Positions 27,046 through 37,229 are shown, numbered from the stretch's first letter. The stretch: DNA of 64,000 bases from Bdellovibrionales bacterium (GCA_964230555.1 CAXRIX010000066.1:903-64902), one strand, 5' to 3'. The notes: generated by a model from the letters alone, not told the origin. Translations and numbers: made by a program.

Positions 27046-27987
27046 ATGGAAAAAGCACAATTATCACCGACTCTAGACATCTATCGCCAACCCTTTATGG
27101 ATTTGCTTTTTAAAGCTCATACGATCCATCGGGAAAATCACAACCTTAACCACATTCAAAAGTGCTCGCTGCTGTCGATAAAAACCGGCGGTTGTCCTGA
27201 AAACTGTTCCTATTGTCCACAATCGGCCCATTACAAGACCAATTTAAAAAGTGAAAGTCTAATGGACATGCAAGAGGTGGCCAAGTCGATCAGTGATGCC
27301 AAAGCCCAAGGCGCCGAAAGGTTTTGTATGGGTGCGGCTTGGCGGGAAGTCCGTGATGGAAAGCAGTTCGACCAAGTCATCGAAATGGTAAAGATGGTAA
27401 AAGCCAACGACATGGAAGCCTGCGTGACATTAGGAATGCTGTCAAAGGAACAAGCACAAAAACTTAAAGACGCCGGCCTGGATGCCTACAATCACAATCT
27501 TGATAGCAGTCGTGAATTCTACGACAAAATTATTCAAACCCGCACTTATGATGATCGATTGAACACAATTGCCAATGTGAGTGCCGCTGGAATATCGGTT
27601 TGCAGTGGGGGAATTCTTGGTATGGGTGAAAGCGACAAAGATCGATGTGCGATGTTGGTGGAACTGGCGAATCTCGAGCCGCAACCCGAATCGGTACCGA
27701 TTAATTTGCTTATTCCAGTGGAGGGCACACCTCTTGAAAAGCAAGAGCCGGTTGAGCCTCTTGAGCTTATTCGCACCATTGCCACAGCTCGTATTCTTAT
27801 GCCTAAATCTCGCATTCGATTGTCCGCCGGTCGTAAGGACATGAGCCGAGAGACGCAAACGCTGGCCTACTTTGCTGGAGCCAGCTCCATATTCTTGGGT
27901 GATAAACTACTAACACGAGACAATCCTGAGGTTTTGGCTGACGAAAAATTATTTAGTGATCTCGGTATGCAAAACCAAATGCAGTGA
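27046..27987 (+). CDS. bioB: Biotin synthase
   Basis: Radical-SAM CxxxCxxC in LLSIKTGGCPENCSYCPQS. N-terminus MEKAQLSPTLDIYRQPFMDLLFKAHTIHRENH aligns with the E. coli BioB N-terminus, so the track start at 26908 was trimmed. Confidence 0.9.
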   Translation: MEKAQLSPTLDIYRQPFMDLLFKAHTIHRENHNLNHIQKCSLLSIKTGGCPENCSYCPQSAHYKTNLKSESLMDMQEVAKSISDAKAQGAERFCMGAAWREVRDGKQFDQVIEMVKMVKANDMEACVTLGMLSKEQAQKLKDAGLDAYNHNLDSSREFYDKIIQTRTYDDRLNTIANVSAAGISVCSGGILGMGESDKDRCAMLVELANLEPQPESVPINLLIPVEGTPLEKQEPVEPLELIRTIATARILMPKSRIRLSAGRKDMSRETQTLAYFAGASSIFLGDKLLTRDNPEVLADEKLFSDLGMQNQMQ

Positions 27988-29144
27988 GGCCTATGACGTT
28001 TAATGAGCTCTACGAAAAATCGAAAGAGAGTTGGATAGCGACTGATTCTTACCGCAAGTTAAAAACACCAACTGGGATAGATTTCTGTTCCAATGATTAC
28101 TTGGGCCTTTCGGCCTCTCAAGAACTAAACCAGCGAATCGTCGAACGAATGAAAATTCTGGGACTTGGTTCGACCGGCTCTCGCCTCTTGTGTGGGCAAA
28201 GTCATTTAACGGAAAAGCTTGAAGAGGAATTGGCAGAATTTTCAGGAATGGATCGCAGCTTGTTTTTTTCATCCGGCTATCAAGCCAACTTGGCTTTATT
28301 TTCCAGCCTTTTAAAAAATGAGGCCGTGGTTTTTTCTGATGAACGCATCCACGCCTCGATAATTGACGGCATTCGACTTTCCCGATGCGAAAAATATATT
28401 TGGTCGCATAATGATCTTGAACATCTTCGAATGCTTTTAAAGCAAAAAGTTGATCCGAGACGATTAAATATCGTTGTTGTTGAAAGCATTTATTCGATGA
28501 CTGGTCATTTTGCACCCTTACCGGAGCTTGTTGAGATTTGTGAGGAGATGGGTGCTTATCTAATTGTTGACGAGGCTCATGCGACCGGTCTGTATGGACA
28601 TGGGGGCTCTGGTCTCTGTGATCATTATAAATTGAACGATCGAATTTTTGCAAAAATTCACACGGCTGGTAAAGCCTTAGGTGTGAGCGGTGCTTGGATT
28701 GCGGGGGCTGATTCGCTTATCGACTTAGTCGTTAACACGGCAAGACCTTTTATCTACTCAACCGCTCCTGCGCAGTATCAGCAGGTGGCCTGCGAAGAGG
28801 CGATGCAATGGGTGACCAAGAACTTTCAGACCTTGCAAGCGACCTTTCAAGAGAGAGTTCTCGGTTTTCAAAACTTTTTAAAACAAAGGCTGGTGTCGAC
28901 GCAGTTCAGTGCCAGTGGGTGGGGAAGTCCCGTTACGGCATGGGTTCTTGGCGAAAACAAAAAAGCTTTGAGTGCAATGAATTATCTTAGTGAAAAAGGT
29001 TTTGAGGTGCGAGCCATACGGCCGCCATCGGTGCCAATAAATGAATCCCTCCTTCGAATCACGGTTCCATTAAATCGAACTGAAACCGAAGTTACCGATT
29101 TTCAAAAGGCCATCGAACTGTGTTTGCTGGAGCTTGAAACATGA
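27984..29144 (+). CDS. bioF: 8-amino-7-oxononanoate synthase
   Basis: FCSNDYLGL, DEAHATGLYG, and PLP-lysine region HTAGKALG. GTGA overlap with the bioB stop. ATG 27993 is an alternative start. Confidence 0.9.
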   Translation: MRPMTFNELYEKSKESWIATDSYRKLKTPTGIDFCSNDYLGLSASQELNQRIVERMKILGLGSTGSRLLCGQSHLTEKLEEELAEFSGMDRSLFFSSGYQANLALFSSLLKNEAVVFSDERIHASIIDGIRLSRCEKYIWSHNDLEHLRMLLKQKVDPRRLNIVVVESIYSMTGHFAPLPELVEICEEMGAYLIVDEAHATGLYGHGGSGLCDHYKLNDRIFAKIHTAGKALGVSGAWIAGADSLIDLVVNTARPFIYSTAPAQYQQVACEEAMQWVTKNFQTLQATFQERVLGFQNFLKQRLVSTQFSASGWGSPVTAWVLGENKKALSAMNYLSEKGFEVRAIRPPSVPINESLLRITVPLNRTETEVTDFQKAIELCLLELET

Positions 29145-31078
29145 GTTTGTTTGTCACCGGAACTGATACCGACATTGGAAAGACCTTTGCATCAACAATT
29201 TTGTTGAAAGCCTTCAGCCGTCAAACCTCAGTTTCCTATTTCAAGCCGATCCAATCGGGAGAACCCACTGACTTTTCCACAATTCAATCGGCTGTGCCCA
29301 ACGCAAAGATTAAAGCCTCGACGTATTTTCTAAAAACTCCAGCCTCTCCAGATCGAGCCGCGGCTATAGAATCGAAAACACTGTCAGTGGAAACAGTGAA
29401 GAATGATTGGTTGAATCGAGATGAGTCCTTCCACATTGTCGAGGGTGCCGGGGGCCTTTGTGTGCCAATCAATGATCAACATCAGATGATCGATTTGATC
29501 AAAGAATTAGAGATTCCAGTGCTTTTAGTAGCTTCAACCCGCTTGGGTACAATCAATCATACCTTGCTATCAGCCCAGGCGATGAAGGCCAAGGGACTTG
29601 CGATCGAAGGAATAATACTCAATGGCAAGGAAGATCCGGGGCTCAAGGAGCTTATACAGGAAAAAACCGGTTTGAAGGTCATCCTTGAAATCCCAGAGTT
29701 CAAAAATCCCAGCAACCAGAGCATCGAGGCCTGGATTGAAACTCAAAACGACCTACAATCTTTTGTCACTCAAATGGTGAAAAAGTCTGTTGATGAAGTC
29801 ACAGATGTTTCGGATTGGGGGACTCGGGATAAAGACTTTGTTTGGCATCCCTTCACCCAGCATGGCATTGTTAAAAATCATCCGATTGTGGATTCCGCCA
29901 AGGGAGCCTACCTGACTGTTGACGGGCGTCGAGTTATTGATGGAATTTCCTCGTGGTGGGTGAATTTGCTGGGACATTGCCGTCCCGAGATCTCACAAGC
30001 CATCAATCAACAGTCGCAAGCCCTAGAGCATGTGATTTTTGCCGGTTTTTCTCATCGTCCTGGCATTGAACTCAGCGAATCTTTAATTCGGAAGGCACAG
30101 AGCCAGGGAGCTCGGGTTAACAAAGCCTTTTTTTCAGACAATGGATCAACGGCTGTCGAAGTGGCTTTGAAAATGGCCTATCAATATCATCGCCAGACTG
30201 GTCAAACCCAGAAAACTCGCTTTCTTGCGTTTCGGGGCTCCTATCATGGTGATACTTTAGGAGCCATGTCCGTAGGGGAGCGCCAGGGATTTAATGATGT
30301 CTTTCGTCCACTGATGTTTGATGTCGACTTTGTTGATCCCTTTAATACTGCGGCCGTCGAACAAGCCTTTGCCAACAGTGGCGATAGGTACGCGGCCGCG
30401 ATTTTTGAACCCATGGTGCAAGGGGCCTCGGGTATGCGGATGTACCCGACGGAAACTTTGGACGTTTTAGAAGAGTGTTGCAATCAGCATGATGTTTTTA
30501 AAATTTGTGATGAAGTGTTCACAGGGTTTTATCGGACGGGGCGGTTTTTTGGATTTGAGCACAGTCGAATAAAACCAGACTTTCTGTGTTTGTCAAAAGG
30601 ACTGACCGGTGGGTTCTTGCCGTTGGCAGTCACATTAACAAGTGACAGTTTGTACAGGCAGTTCCATAGCGACGACATGAGGCAGGCCTTTCTTCACGGT
30701 CATTCTTACACAGCAAACCCGATCGCCTGTGCCGCGGCCTTGGCGACCTTAAAACTTCTGCAGACAGAATCGGTCCAGACCAGGATTCGAGAAATTGAAT
30801 TATGGACTCAGCAGAACGTGGCTGAGCTGATGGAGACGGGGCGATTTTTTCGTGGCCGAACGTTGGGTACCATTGGTGCGGTGGAAGTTTCTGATGAAGA
30901 CCCAAACTATTTTAAAGGCGACTTTTCCTACAAGTTCAATCAGGCCGCTTTAAAACGAGGGGTTCTATTACGTCCTCTTGGGGGGACGCTTTACAGTGTG
31001 CCGCCCTATTGTATAGAGAAAATCGAGTTAGAAAAAATTTATCACACAATGTACGAAGTTCTGAAACAGGAGTTTTAA
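29141..31078 (+). CDS. Fused dethiobiotin synthetase (N-terminal, ~aa 1-215) / adenosylmethionine-8-amino-7-oxononanoate aminotransferase (C-terminal)
   Basis: BioD P-loop LFVTGTDTDIGKTF and VEGAGGLCVP, then BioA FVWHPFTQH, SDNGSTAVEVALKMA, CDEVFTGFYRTG, LSKGLTGG. One uninterrupted 645-aa frame. Confidence 0.85.
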   Translation: MSLFVTGTDTDIGKTFASTILLKAFSRQTSVSYFKPIQSGEPTDFSTIQSAVPNAKIKASTYFLKTPASPDRAAAIESKTLSVETVKNDWLNRDESFHIVEGAGGLCVPINDQHQMIDLIKELEIPVLLVASTRLGTINHTLLSAQAMKAKGLAIEGIILNGKEDPGLKELIQEKTGLKVILEIPEFKNPSNQSIEAWIETQNDLQSFVTQMVKKSVDEVTDVSDWGTRDKDFVWHPFTQHGIVKNHPIVDSAKGAYLTVDGRRVIDGISSWWVNLLGHCRPEISQAINQQSQALEHVIFAGFSHRPGIELSESLIRKAQSQGARVNKAFFSDNGSTAVEVALKMAYQYHRQTGQTQKTRFLAFRGSYHGDTLGAMSVGERQGFNDVFRPLMFDVDFVDPFNTAAVEQAFANSGDRYAAAIFEPMVQGASGMRMYPTETLDVLEECCNQHDVFKICDEVFTGFYRTGRFFGFEHSRIKPDFLCLSKGLTGGFLPLAVTLTSDSLYRQFHSDDMRQAFLHGHSYTANPIACAAALATLKLLQTESVQTRIREIELWTQQNVAELMETGRFFRGRTLGTIGAVEVSDEDPNYFKGDFSYKFNQAALKRGVLLRPLGGTLYSVPPYCIEKIELEKIYHTMYEVLKQEF

Positions 31079-31705
31079 ATGACAGATTGGAAGCAAATAC
31101 TTATTGAGTTGGTTAAAGAGCCTCAGCAACACGCTCGATTTTTAAATACCATCAGTTTGATGGAGTATATGGGTGCTCGTAAGATCATGAAAAGTCAGAA
31201 AGAAAGCGTTATCGACCGCGAGGTTCTGGCGCATATGACTGAAGAGATTCGTCACGCTCAGATTTTCAAGAAAATGGCTTTAAAACTTAGTGAAGGACAT
31301 TTAAAGACTTACGATGATGAGTATCTACTGGCGGGGGCTGCGGGACGAGCCTATATTCAATCGGTGGACCAATCAGTGGCAGCCGCTTTAAATGGTGAAG
31401 ACTCTCACTACAATTACCTTCTTTCAACACTCTTAATTGAAGAGCGCGCCAACACAGTTTATCCCTTTTATGCCGATTTGATGGAGCCCCTTGGCTTTGC
31501 GTCTTATATTAAAACGATTTTGCGAGAAGAGGAGCACCACCTGGAGCAAATCCAAACCGAATTGCAGAAAAATGAAAAATTGACGTCACAAAAGCTTGCG
31601 GCCTTACGAATGATAGAACAGAAGGCCTTTAATTTCTTAATGATTTCGGCCTATGAGGAGTTCAAAGGAGACTCCGATTGGATTGAAAAAGACGCCTATT
31701 TATAA
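31079..31705 (+). CDS. Ferritin-like diiron-carboxylate protein of unknown function, last gene of the biotin operon
   Basis: The ATG immediately follows the bioDA TAA stop. Ligand pattern E29, E56-x-x-H59 (TEEIRH), E121/E122 (LIEERA), E150/151-x-x-H153/154 (REEEHH), with ~27-30 aa spacing as in four-helix-bundle diiron enzymes. Confidence 0.55.
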   Translation: MTDWKQILIELVKEPQQHARFLNTISLMEYMGARKIMKSQKESVIDREVLAHMTEEIRHAQIFKKMALKLSEGHLKTYDDEYLLAGAAGRAYIQSVDQSVAAALNGEDSHYNYLLSTLLIEERANTVYPFYADLMEPLGFASYIKTILREEEHHLEQIQTELQKNEKLTSQKLAALRMIEQKAFNFLMISAYEEFKGDSDWIEKDAYL

Positions 31706-31760
31706 CAGTTTGGCTTTGGGCTAAAGATTTGTTAAAATAGGCTTGAACAAAAGGATGCCG

Positions 31761-32849
31761 ATGAACCGTGTTTTGATTCTGACTATTTTTCTAAGCTTTT
31801 CCAGCCCGCTTTGGTCGGCCCTAGCCGGCGAACAAAAGGCCACCTTTGCTGGTGGCTGCTTCTGGTGTATGGAGCCGCCGTTTGAAAAACTAAAAGGTGT
31901 TGGTCCTGTTGTTTCAGGCTACATGGGTGGTGATGTAAAAGATCCAACTTATAAACAGGTCTCCTCGGGAACGACCGGTCACCTTGAAGTGGTGCAGGTG
32001 ACCTATGACCCAAGTAAGATTTCTTACGAAGATTTATTGCAAGTGTTTTGGAGGCAAATTAATCCCACGGATGCCGGAGGACAGTTTGTTGATCGGGGGG
32101 AGCAGTATACAACCGCGATCTTCTATCACTCTAAAAATCAAAAAGAGATTGCAGAGAAGTCGAAACAGAAAATGGATGCGAGCCAGCGGTTTAAAAAGCC
32201 AATAGTGACGCCAGTCCGTGAAGCCAAAGAGTTTTATGCAGCCGAACAGTACCACCAAGATTTTTATAAAAATAGCATATTAAAGTACAAATATTACCGA
32301 TACCGCTCAGGTCGTGACGATTACTTAGACGAAACCTGGGGAGACGATCGAGATTACAAACCAAAAGGTAAAAAGAAGGCGACCATGTCAAAATACAGCA
32401 GACCATCAGATGAAAAAATAAAAGAAATGTTAAATAAAATACAATACAAAGTGACACAGAAAGACGGTACCGAACGGGCCTTTAAAAACGAGTATTGGGA
32501 TAACAAACAAGAAGGCATTTATGTCGATGTTGTCAGTGGAGAGCCGCTGTTCAGCTCGACCCATAAATACAAGTCCGGCACCGGCTGGCCTTCATTTTTT
32601 AAACCGATTGAAGAACAAAATATCGTTGAGAAAGAGGATCGAGGTTTATTTTCTGTAAGAACTGAGGTGCGATCGAAGCATGGTGATTCACACTTAGGTC
32701 ATGTTTTTGAGGATGGACCGCAGCCGACTGGTCTTCGATATTGTATCAACTCAGCGGCCCTTCGCTTTGTCCCTCGCGAGAAGATGGAAGAAGAGGGTTA
32801 TGGCGAGTACTTAACTCTTTTTACGAAGCAGGCTTCTGCCACAAAATAA
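31761..32849 (+). CDS. msrAB: Exported fused methionine sulfoxide reductase MsrA-MsrB
   Basis: Signal peptide [22 protein letters not shown]. MsrA motif GGCFWCME. MsrB motifs GTGWPSF and RYCINSAAL. Start could also be 31743 (TTG) or 31755 (ATG). Confidence 0.9.
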   Translation: MNRVLILTIFLSFSSPLWSALAGEQKATFAGGCFWCMEPPFEKLKGVGPVVSGYMGGDVKDPTYKQVSSGTTGHLEVVQVTYDPSKISYEDLLQVFWRQINPTDAGGQFVDRGEQYTTAIFYHSKNQKEIAEKSKQKMDASQRFKKPIVTPVREAKEFYAAEQYHQDFYKNSILKYKYYRYRSGRDDYLDETWGDDRDYKPKGKKKATMSKYSRPSDEKIKEMLNKIQYKVTQKDGTERAFKNEYWDNKQEGIYVDVVSGEPLFSSTHKYKSGTGWPSFFKPIEEQNIVEKEDRGLFSVRTEVRSKHGDSHLGHVFEDGPQPTGLRYCINSAALRFVPREKMEEEGYGEYLTLFTKQASATK

Positions 32850-32956
32850 TTGACCTTTCTATCGGCCTTCTTCAAAATTTGAGGGTCCCCTGCAAGAATT
32901 AAGCGTCATATTGCGTTCCTGCACAGGGCAATCCACTTTTTATAAGGAGAAGGTCT

Positions 32957-33595
32957 GTGAAGTATTTAGTGATTTCTTTAATTACCCTATCGTTAGCAAT
33001 GCTTGGCTGTGAGTCTGCCGGAAAGAAAACCGCTGTCGGCACCGGTGTCGGAGCAGCAGCAGGCGCAGCCGTCGGAGCCGTGTTGGGACATCAAATGGGC
33101 AAACGAGGCAAAGGGGCCGCTATTGGCGCTGCTATTGGCGCCGGTGTTGGTGGGGCTTATGGTTACAAGCTTGATAAGCAAGCCAAAGAGCTGGAAAAAA
33201 TTGCTGAAACCAAGCGAACAGAAAATGGAATTATCACTAAGTTAAAAGGCGACATCCTTTTTTCCACTGGGTCTCCGGCCGTTCAGTCACAGGCCAAACA
33301 AAGTGTTACCAAAATATCGAATATCCTAAAAAAGTACCCTGAAAATAGAATCACTGTTGTTGGTCATACCGACAGTACGGGGAGCGACTCCACCAACCAA
33401 GAGCTGTCGGAAAAGCGAGCCCGTGCGGTCAAATCAATCATGGTGGCGCAAGGCGTACCAGCCCAACACGTTGAAGTTGTCGGAGCCGGTGAAAGTAGTC
33501 CCGTAGCGGACAATTCAACCAAAGAGGGACGCGCTCAGAATCGACGAGTGGAGCTTCAAATCACCATGGAAAAGACTGAAGAAGAGGGCGCTTAG
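32957..33595 (+). CDS. OmpA-family lipoprotein with N-terminal glycine-zipper region
   Basis: Lipobox LAMLGC. Gly/Ala zipper GTGVGAAAGAAVGAVLG. OmpA C-terminal domain VVGHTDSTGS..NQELSEKRA..NRRVEL. AAGGAG lies 7 nt upstream of GTG 32957. Confidence 0.8.
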   Translation: MKYLVISLITLSLAMLGCESAGKKTAVGTGVGAAAGAAVGAVLGHQMGKRGKGAAIGAAIGAGVGGAYGYKLDKQAKELEKIAETKRTENGIITKLKGDILFSTGSPAVQSQAKQSVTKISNILKKYPENRITVVGHTDSTGSDSTNQELSEKRARAVKSIMVAQGVPAQHVEVVGAGESSPVADNSTKEGRAQNRRVELQITMEKTEEEGA

Positions 33596-33625
33596 ATTTT
33601 ACGCCTTTTCATTTTATTTGGACTT

Positions 33626-34366
33626 TTGATTTTGGGTTTCGTGGGTTTTATTGCCTACAAAGAAAGTTCACGAGACCCAGTTTTCAAAATTCAATCCTCG
33701 CAACAAAGTTCACCTTTAGACCACAGTCAGTTACGTCCTATTCCGCCAGAGCAATACGCCTATGCCAATGTCCAGCAGGCCCATGATCACGGTGAGCCGA
33801 TTGATCTAAGCAAGGAAAATGCTGAAGTCAGTCGTTATATTCAAAGTCTCAACAACCAATCCCGGCTCAGTTTTTTGATTGTTCCCGGTTTTATACCTCC
33901 CTTTGGCGAAGCCATGAGCCTTAATGCGACAATGAAGAAAAGACTCAATTGGGCGGTGAAGCTCATGCAAGAAGGAGAGGCTTCGGTTATTCTTGTCAGC
34001 GGTGGCAATGTTAAGCCAGAAGGAACCCCTTTTAATGAAGCCTTAGAAATGAAAAAGCACCTGATGGCTTTTCACAAGGTTCCCGAACGTTTTATAGCCA
34101 TAGATCCTTACGCGCAAAATACGGTGACCAACTTACGGAATGCTGGTCGCTTTATGCTGGCCCACGACATAAAGCGAGCCAAAGTGGTAACGACTTTTGT
34201 CCAAAACATTTATGTTGGATTCCCGACTCTGACCTTGTTCCTTTGGCGGAGTCGTTGGTTATTGGGTTTTGAAGTCGGAAAGTTGAGCTACATCGACGAA
34301 AGGCAAACGGCCTTTAAGCCGTCTTTAAAGGTTTTTCAGAAAGGGCCATCAAAGGTTGATCCTTAG
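33626..34366 (+). CDS. DUF218 (YdcF/ElyC-like) domain protein
   Basis: FLIVPGF..ILVSGGNV..PYAQNTVTN fits the DUF218 pattern. Only TTG 33626 or GTG 33641 starts are available after the in-frame stop at 33593. Confidence 0.55.
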   Translation: MILGFVGFIAYKESSRDPVFKIQSSQQSSPLDHSQLRPIPPEQYAYANVQQAHDHGEPIDLSKENAEVSRYIQSLNNQSRLSFLIVPGFIPPFGEAMSLNATMKKRLNWAVKLMQEGEASVILVSGGNVKPEGTPFNEALEMKKHLMAFHKVPERFIAIDPYAQNTVTNLRNAGRFMLAHDIKRAKVVTTFVQNIYVGFPTLTLFLWRSRWLLGFEVGKLSYIDERQTAFKPSLKVFQKGPSKVDP

Positions 34367-34442
34367 AGCCTAAAGCCTTATAAAAACTGGCAATAATTCC
34401 GATAGGAACAAAGAACTTTTCACCCCATTGGTAAAGCAACCC

Positions 34443-36587
34443 ATGATTAGACAATTGCTCAAAAGACTTTTCATCAACCCCTTTGTGGCTTTGTTGATCT
34501 TGGGTATGGTGGGTGGCGTATTTTACCTGTTTTTCGAAGAGGTGGATTTAACACCTCAGATGACTTCGTCATTCTTTTTTTCAAAAGAAAGCAAAATCTA
34601 TAAAGATGATGCTCTAATTTATAAGAAGTTTTTAGTTGGTGATTCGGTTATTTTGACTTTGCCCTCTCCGGATATCACAACACCTCATTATCTGCGTCTG
34701 ATTGAGCTGTTAAGTAATGACTTACAAAAAGTTAAAGGTGTGAAGTCGGTGCAAAGTATCACCCATGGACCTCCGGATATAACGGCAGCCATGCAGAATC
34801 CAATGTGGGTTCGATTTATAGATACGAAGACAAAAAAGAACTCACTGATCATTTGTTTTATTGATGATAAACAAGTGACCCAGGTTGTGAACGCTATAAA
34901 AAAGATTGTTCATAAAAAGCCATATCGCTCTGAACGCATCTACATTTCAGGAATACCCTACATTATCGAAGAAATCCGGCAGATGCTCAGTCACGATATG
35001 AAGCAGTTTATTATGGGAGCCACTTTGGTGAGTTCGGCGGTGGTCTTTCTCATCTTTTTCTCGTTCGTAGTGACAATCGGAGCCATGGCAGCGGCACTGA
35101 CTGCAGCGGCGCTGACACTTTTAATTCAGCATTATTTGGGCATTCCGGTTGGAATCTTAACAGCCAATCTTGGTGCGATTGTTTATGTCCTGACCACTTC
35201 ACATATCGTCTTTCTGACTTCGAATTGGCGGCAAGATCGGCACGAAAATAGAAAGTTGCGTTTGGCTTCGACGATAGCAACCACCTTACCTGCGTCATTT
35301 TGGGCGGCGGCAACAACAGTTTTTGGGTTTGCCAGTCTGATATTTGTTGAAGCCAAACCTTTGCAGCAGTTGGGAATAGGCGGAACCATTGGTACTATTG
35401 CGTCTTTGCTTATGGCTTACCTCCTGTTTCCCATTTTCTTAAGATTTTCAAAGTTAGGAAAAAAACGAAAGGATGAGGAAAAGCCGAAATTTTTTCTGCC
35501 ATGGCCTCTTCCTTTTGGACTGTTGGTGGCGACTGTTCTGGTTGCAGGTTCTGGATACCTGTTTTGGGTTGGTTATAAAAAAGGAATTAACACAGACCCC
35601 TCTTTGCTGACCTATTTTAAAGAGAAACAAGATATTTACAAAGGAATCAAAGAGGTAGACCGCTATGGAGGCAGCAATCCTTTGAATTTTGTTATTAGCG
35701 ATCGTAAAGGCAATAAGCTGAAGAGTTCTGATGTTTACAAGCGAATGATGGCACTGCAGAAGGATCTTGAATCTCACCCGGCGGTGGGTTCGGTTCTTTC
35801 GTTACCCGTTTTGATGGCCGAGACTCAAGAGAATTGGATCGCGCGTCTGCTTCCCTGGGGCAGTGTTCTAAGTATTTTGTCACGCCGAGAATATGACAAG
35901 GTGGCGCGTGGATTTATAACTGAAGACTCCGACCAAGCTCTTTACTTGATCCGTATGCGAGAGACTGGGCGAACCCTGAATAGGAAAGACATCGTCAACC
36001 AGCTTATGGCGAAGCCACGAAAACATGATTTTAGACTCGATATTGTTGGCGGCAGCTACTACATGCAGGGGGAATTGGCTTACAAAATACGTGAGAGTAT
36101 GAAGCAGGGGATCAGTGCTTTGGTGGTCTTGTTTCTAGTCATCATCTTTTTATTGTCACTGTCGCCCTTTATTACATTCTTTGGGGGGCTTTCTATTGTG
36201 GCGGCCGCCTCGGCTTTTATAGGAGCTATCGGATATTTTGGGGTACCTGTGGACATCATTTCGTCACCGTCAGTCAATATCGTCCTTGGGCTGGCCGTTG
36301 ATGGTTTGATCCATATTATTTTGGCGGCACGACGACTGTCCGAGGCGAAAGGTCATAGGACAGATGGCGATGGCTGGGTTTGGGCTGTGAAAAGCCAAGG
36401 GCCTGCTGTTTTAATTTCGAGCCTTGTGATTGCTGCTGGTTTTAGTGTTTTTTATCTCTCCAATTTTCCTCCAAGCCAGAGGTTTGGACTTGAGATTGTG
36501 TTTGGAACACTGCTGGCCATGATTATGACCTTATTGGTCTTCCCTCATCTGAACTTACTTTTTAGAAAGAAGGATAAAACAAAGTAG
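34443..36587 (+). CDS. MMPL/RND-superfamily membrane transporter
   Basis: ~714 aa with two blocks of multiple TM helices separated by soluble loops, the typical MMPL/SSD arrangement. Start set to ATG 34443 (MIRQLLKRL). Confidence 0.7.
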   Translation: MIRQLLKRLFINPFVALLILGMVGGVFYLFFEEVDLTPQMTSSFFFSKESKIYKDDALIYKKFLVGDSVILTLPSPDITTPHYLRLIELLSNDLQKVKGVKSVQSITHGPPDITAAMQNPMWVRFIDTKTKKNSLIICFIDDKQVTQVVNAIKKIVHKKPYRSERIYISGIPYIIEEIRQMLSHDMKQFIMGATLVSSAVVFLIFFSFVVTIGAMAAALTAAALTLLIQHYLGIPVGILTANLGAIVYVLTTSHIVFLTSNWRQDRHENRKLRLASTIATTLPASFWAAATTVFGFASLIFVEAKPLQQLGIGGTIGTIASLLMAYLLFPIFLRFSKLGKKRKDEEKPKFFLPWPLPFGLLVATVLVAGSGYLFWVGYKKGINTDPSLLTYFKEKQDIYKGIKEVDRYGGSNPLNFVISDRKGNKLKSSDVYKRMMALQKDLESHPAVGSVLSLPVLMAETQENWIARLLPWGSVLSILSRREYDKVARGFITEDSDQALYLIRMRETGRTLNRKDIVNQLMAKPRKHDFRLDIVGGSYYMQGELAYKIRESMKQGISALVVLFLVIIFLLSLSPFITFFGGLSIVAAASAFIGAIGYFGVPVDIISSPSVNIVLGLAVDGLIHIILAARRLSEAKGHRTDGDGWVWAVKSQGPAVLISSLVIAAGFSVFYLSNFPPSQRFGLEIVFGTLLAMIMTLLVFPHLNLLFRKKDKTK

Positions 36588-36604
36588 GGAGCGTTGGCTC
36601 CCTA
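36585..36604. terminator. 8-bp stem / 4-nt loop hairpin between convergent genes (candidate bidirectional terminator)
   Basis: TAGGGAGC-gttg-GCTCCCTA read directly. It includes the MMPL stop codon and lies 10 nt from the YceI stop. No clear U-tract. Confidence 0.4.
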
Positions 36605-36614
36605 GATTCAAGCG

Positions 36615-37229
36615 TTAGATTTTTTTGGTTTTTAATTCGAGGCTGAGTTCAATAGAGTCTTTTATCACTTTATCTTTAGCGATTTTCACAGCTTTTTTAA
36701 GAAGATTGGATTCTGAGTTGTAAGTGACCCCATACTTCGCTCGGTTAATGGAAATATCGCCGGTTGCGACCAATATTTGTCCTTTTTTCGCTTTTTGGGT
36801 GTCAACTTTAATTTCGAAGGACTCCTGATGAGTTTCCCCTCTGAGGGTCAGGTTTCCAGTGACTTTATGCAGGTTGCTCCGGGTTTTCTCAACTTTGGTG
36901 ATTTTAAAGTTGGCTTCAGGGTGTTTTTTTATGTGGAAAAAGTCTTCAGAGTCGAGATGATTTTCTAGTTTGGTTTTGTACTTGCCTGAAAGGTCCTTGT
37001 TTTCGATGGACTTCATATCGATAACAATGGTGCCACCAATCAGTTCATTTTTTTCGTTTAGGTTAATGGTGCCCTTTTTAATTTTGACAGATCCTGTGTG
37101 ATCTCCCGCGCCAGGCAGCTTTTTCGCGCCTTTCCATTGGACTTGACTGGACGTTGTGTCGAGTGGAACTTGCTTGGCCTGGGCCATAGTAGCGGTAAAG
37201 AAAATTAGAGAGAAAACAAATGCTTTCAT
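36615..37229 (-). CDS. YceI-family periplasmic (polyisoprenoid-binding-like) protein
   Basis: Signal peptide MKAFVFSLIFFTATMAQA. YceI-like VQWKGAKK..GTIVIDMKSI..LTLRGETH. AAAGGAG lies 5 nt upstream of ATG 37229. Confidence 0.8.
   Translation of the reverse strand: MKAFVFSLIFFTATMAQAKQVPLDTTSSQVQWKGAKKLPGAGDHTGSVKIKKGTINLNEKNELIGGTIVIDMKSIENKDLSGKYKTKLENHLDSEDFFHIKKHPEANFKITKVEKTRSNLHKVTGNLTLRGETHQESFEIKVDTQKAKKGQILVATGDISINRAKYGVTYNSESNLLKKAVKIAKDKVIKDSIELSLELKTKKI

Noticed and set aside
28000-28653. 217-aa antisense ORF inside bioF. Similar long antisense ORFs occur at 51437-52102, 1799-2251, 10625-11050, 27442-27858, 5879-6283, 56347-56739 and 17711-18088.
   Set aside because: Each lies fully within a confidently identified gene on the other strand. 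They have biased, low-complexity or Arg/Ser/Pro-rich translations with no recognisable motifs. These are typical shadow ORFs.
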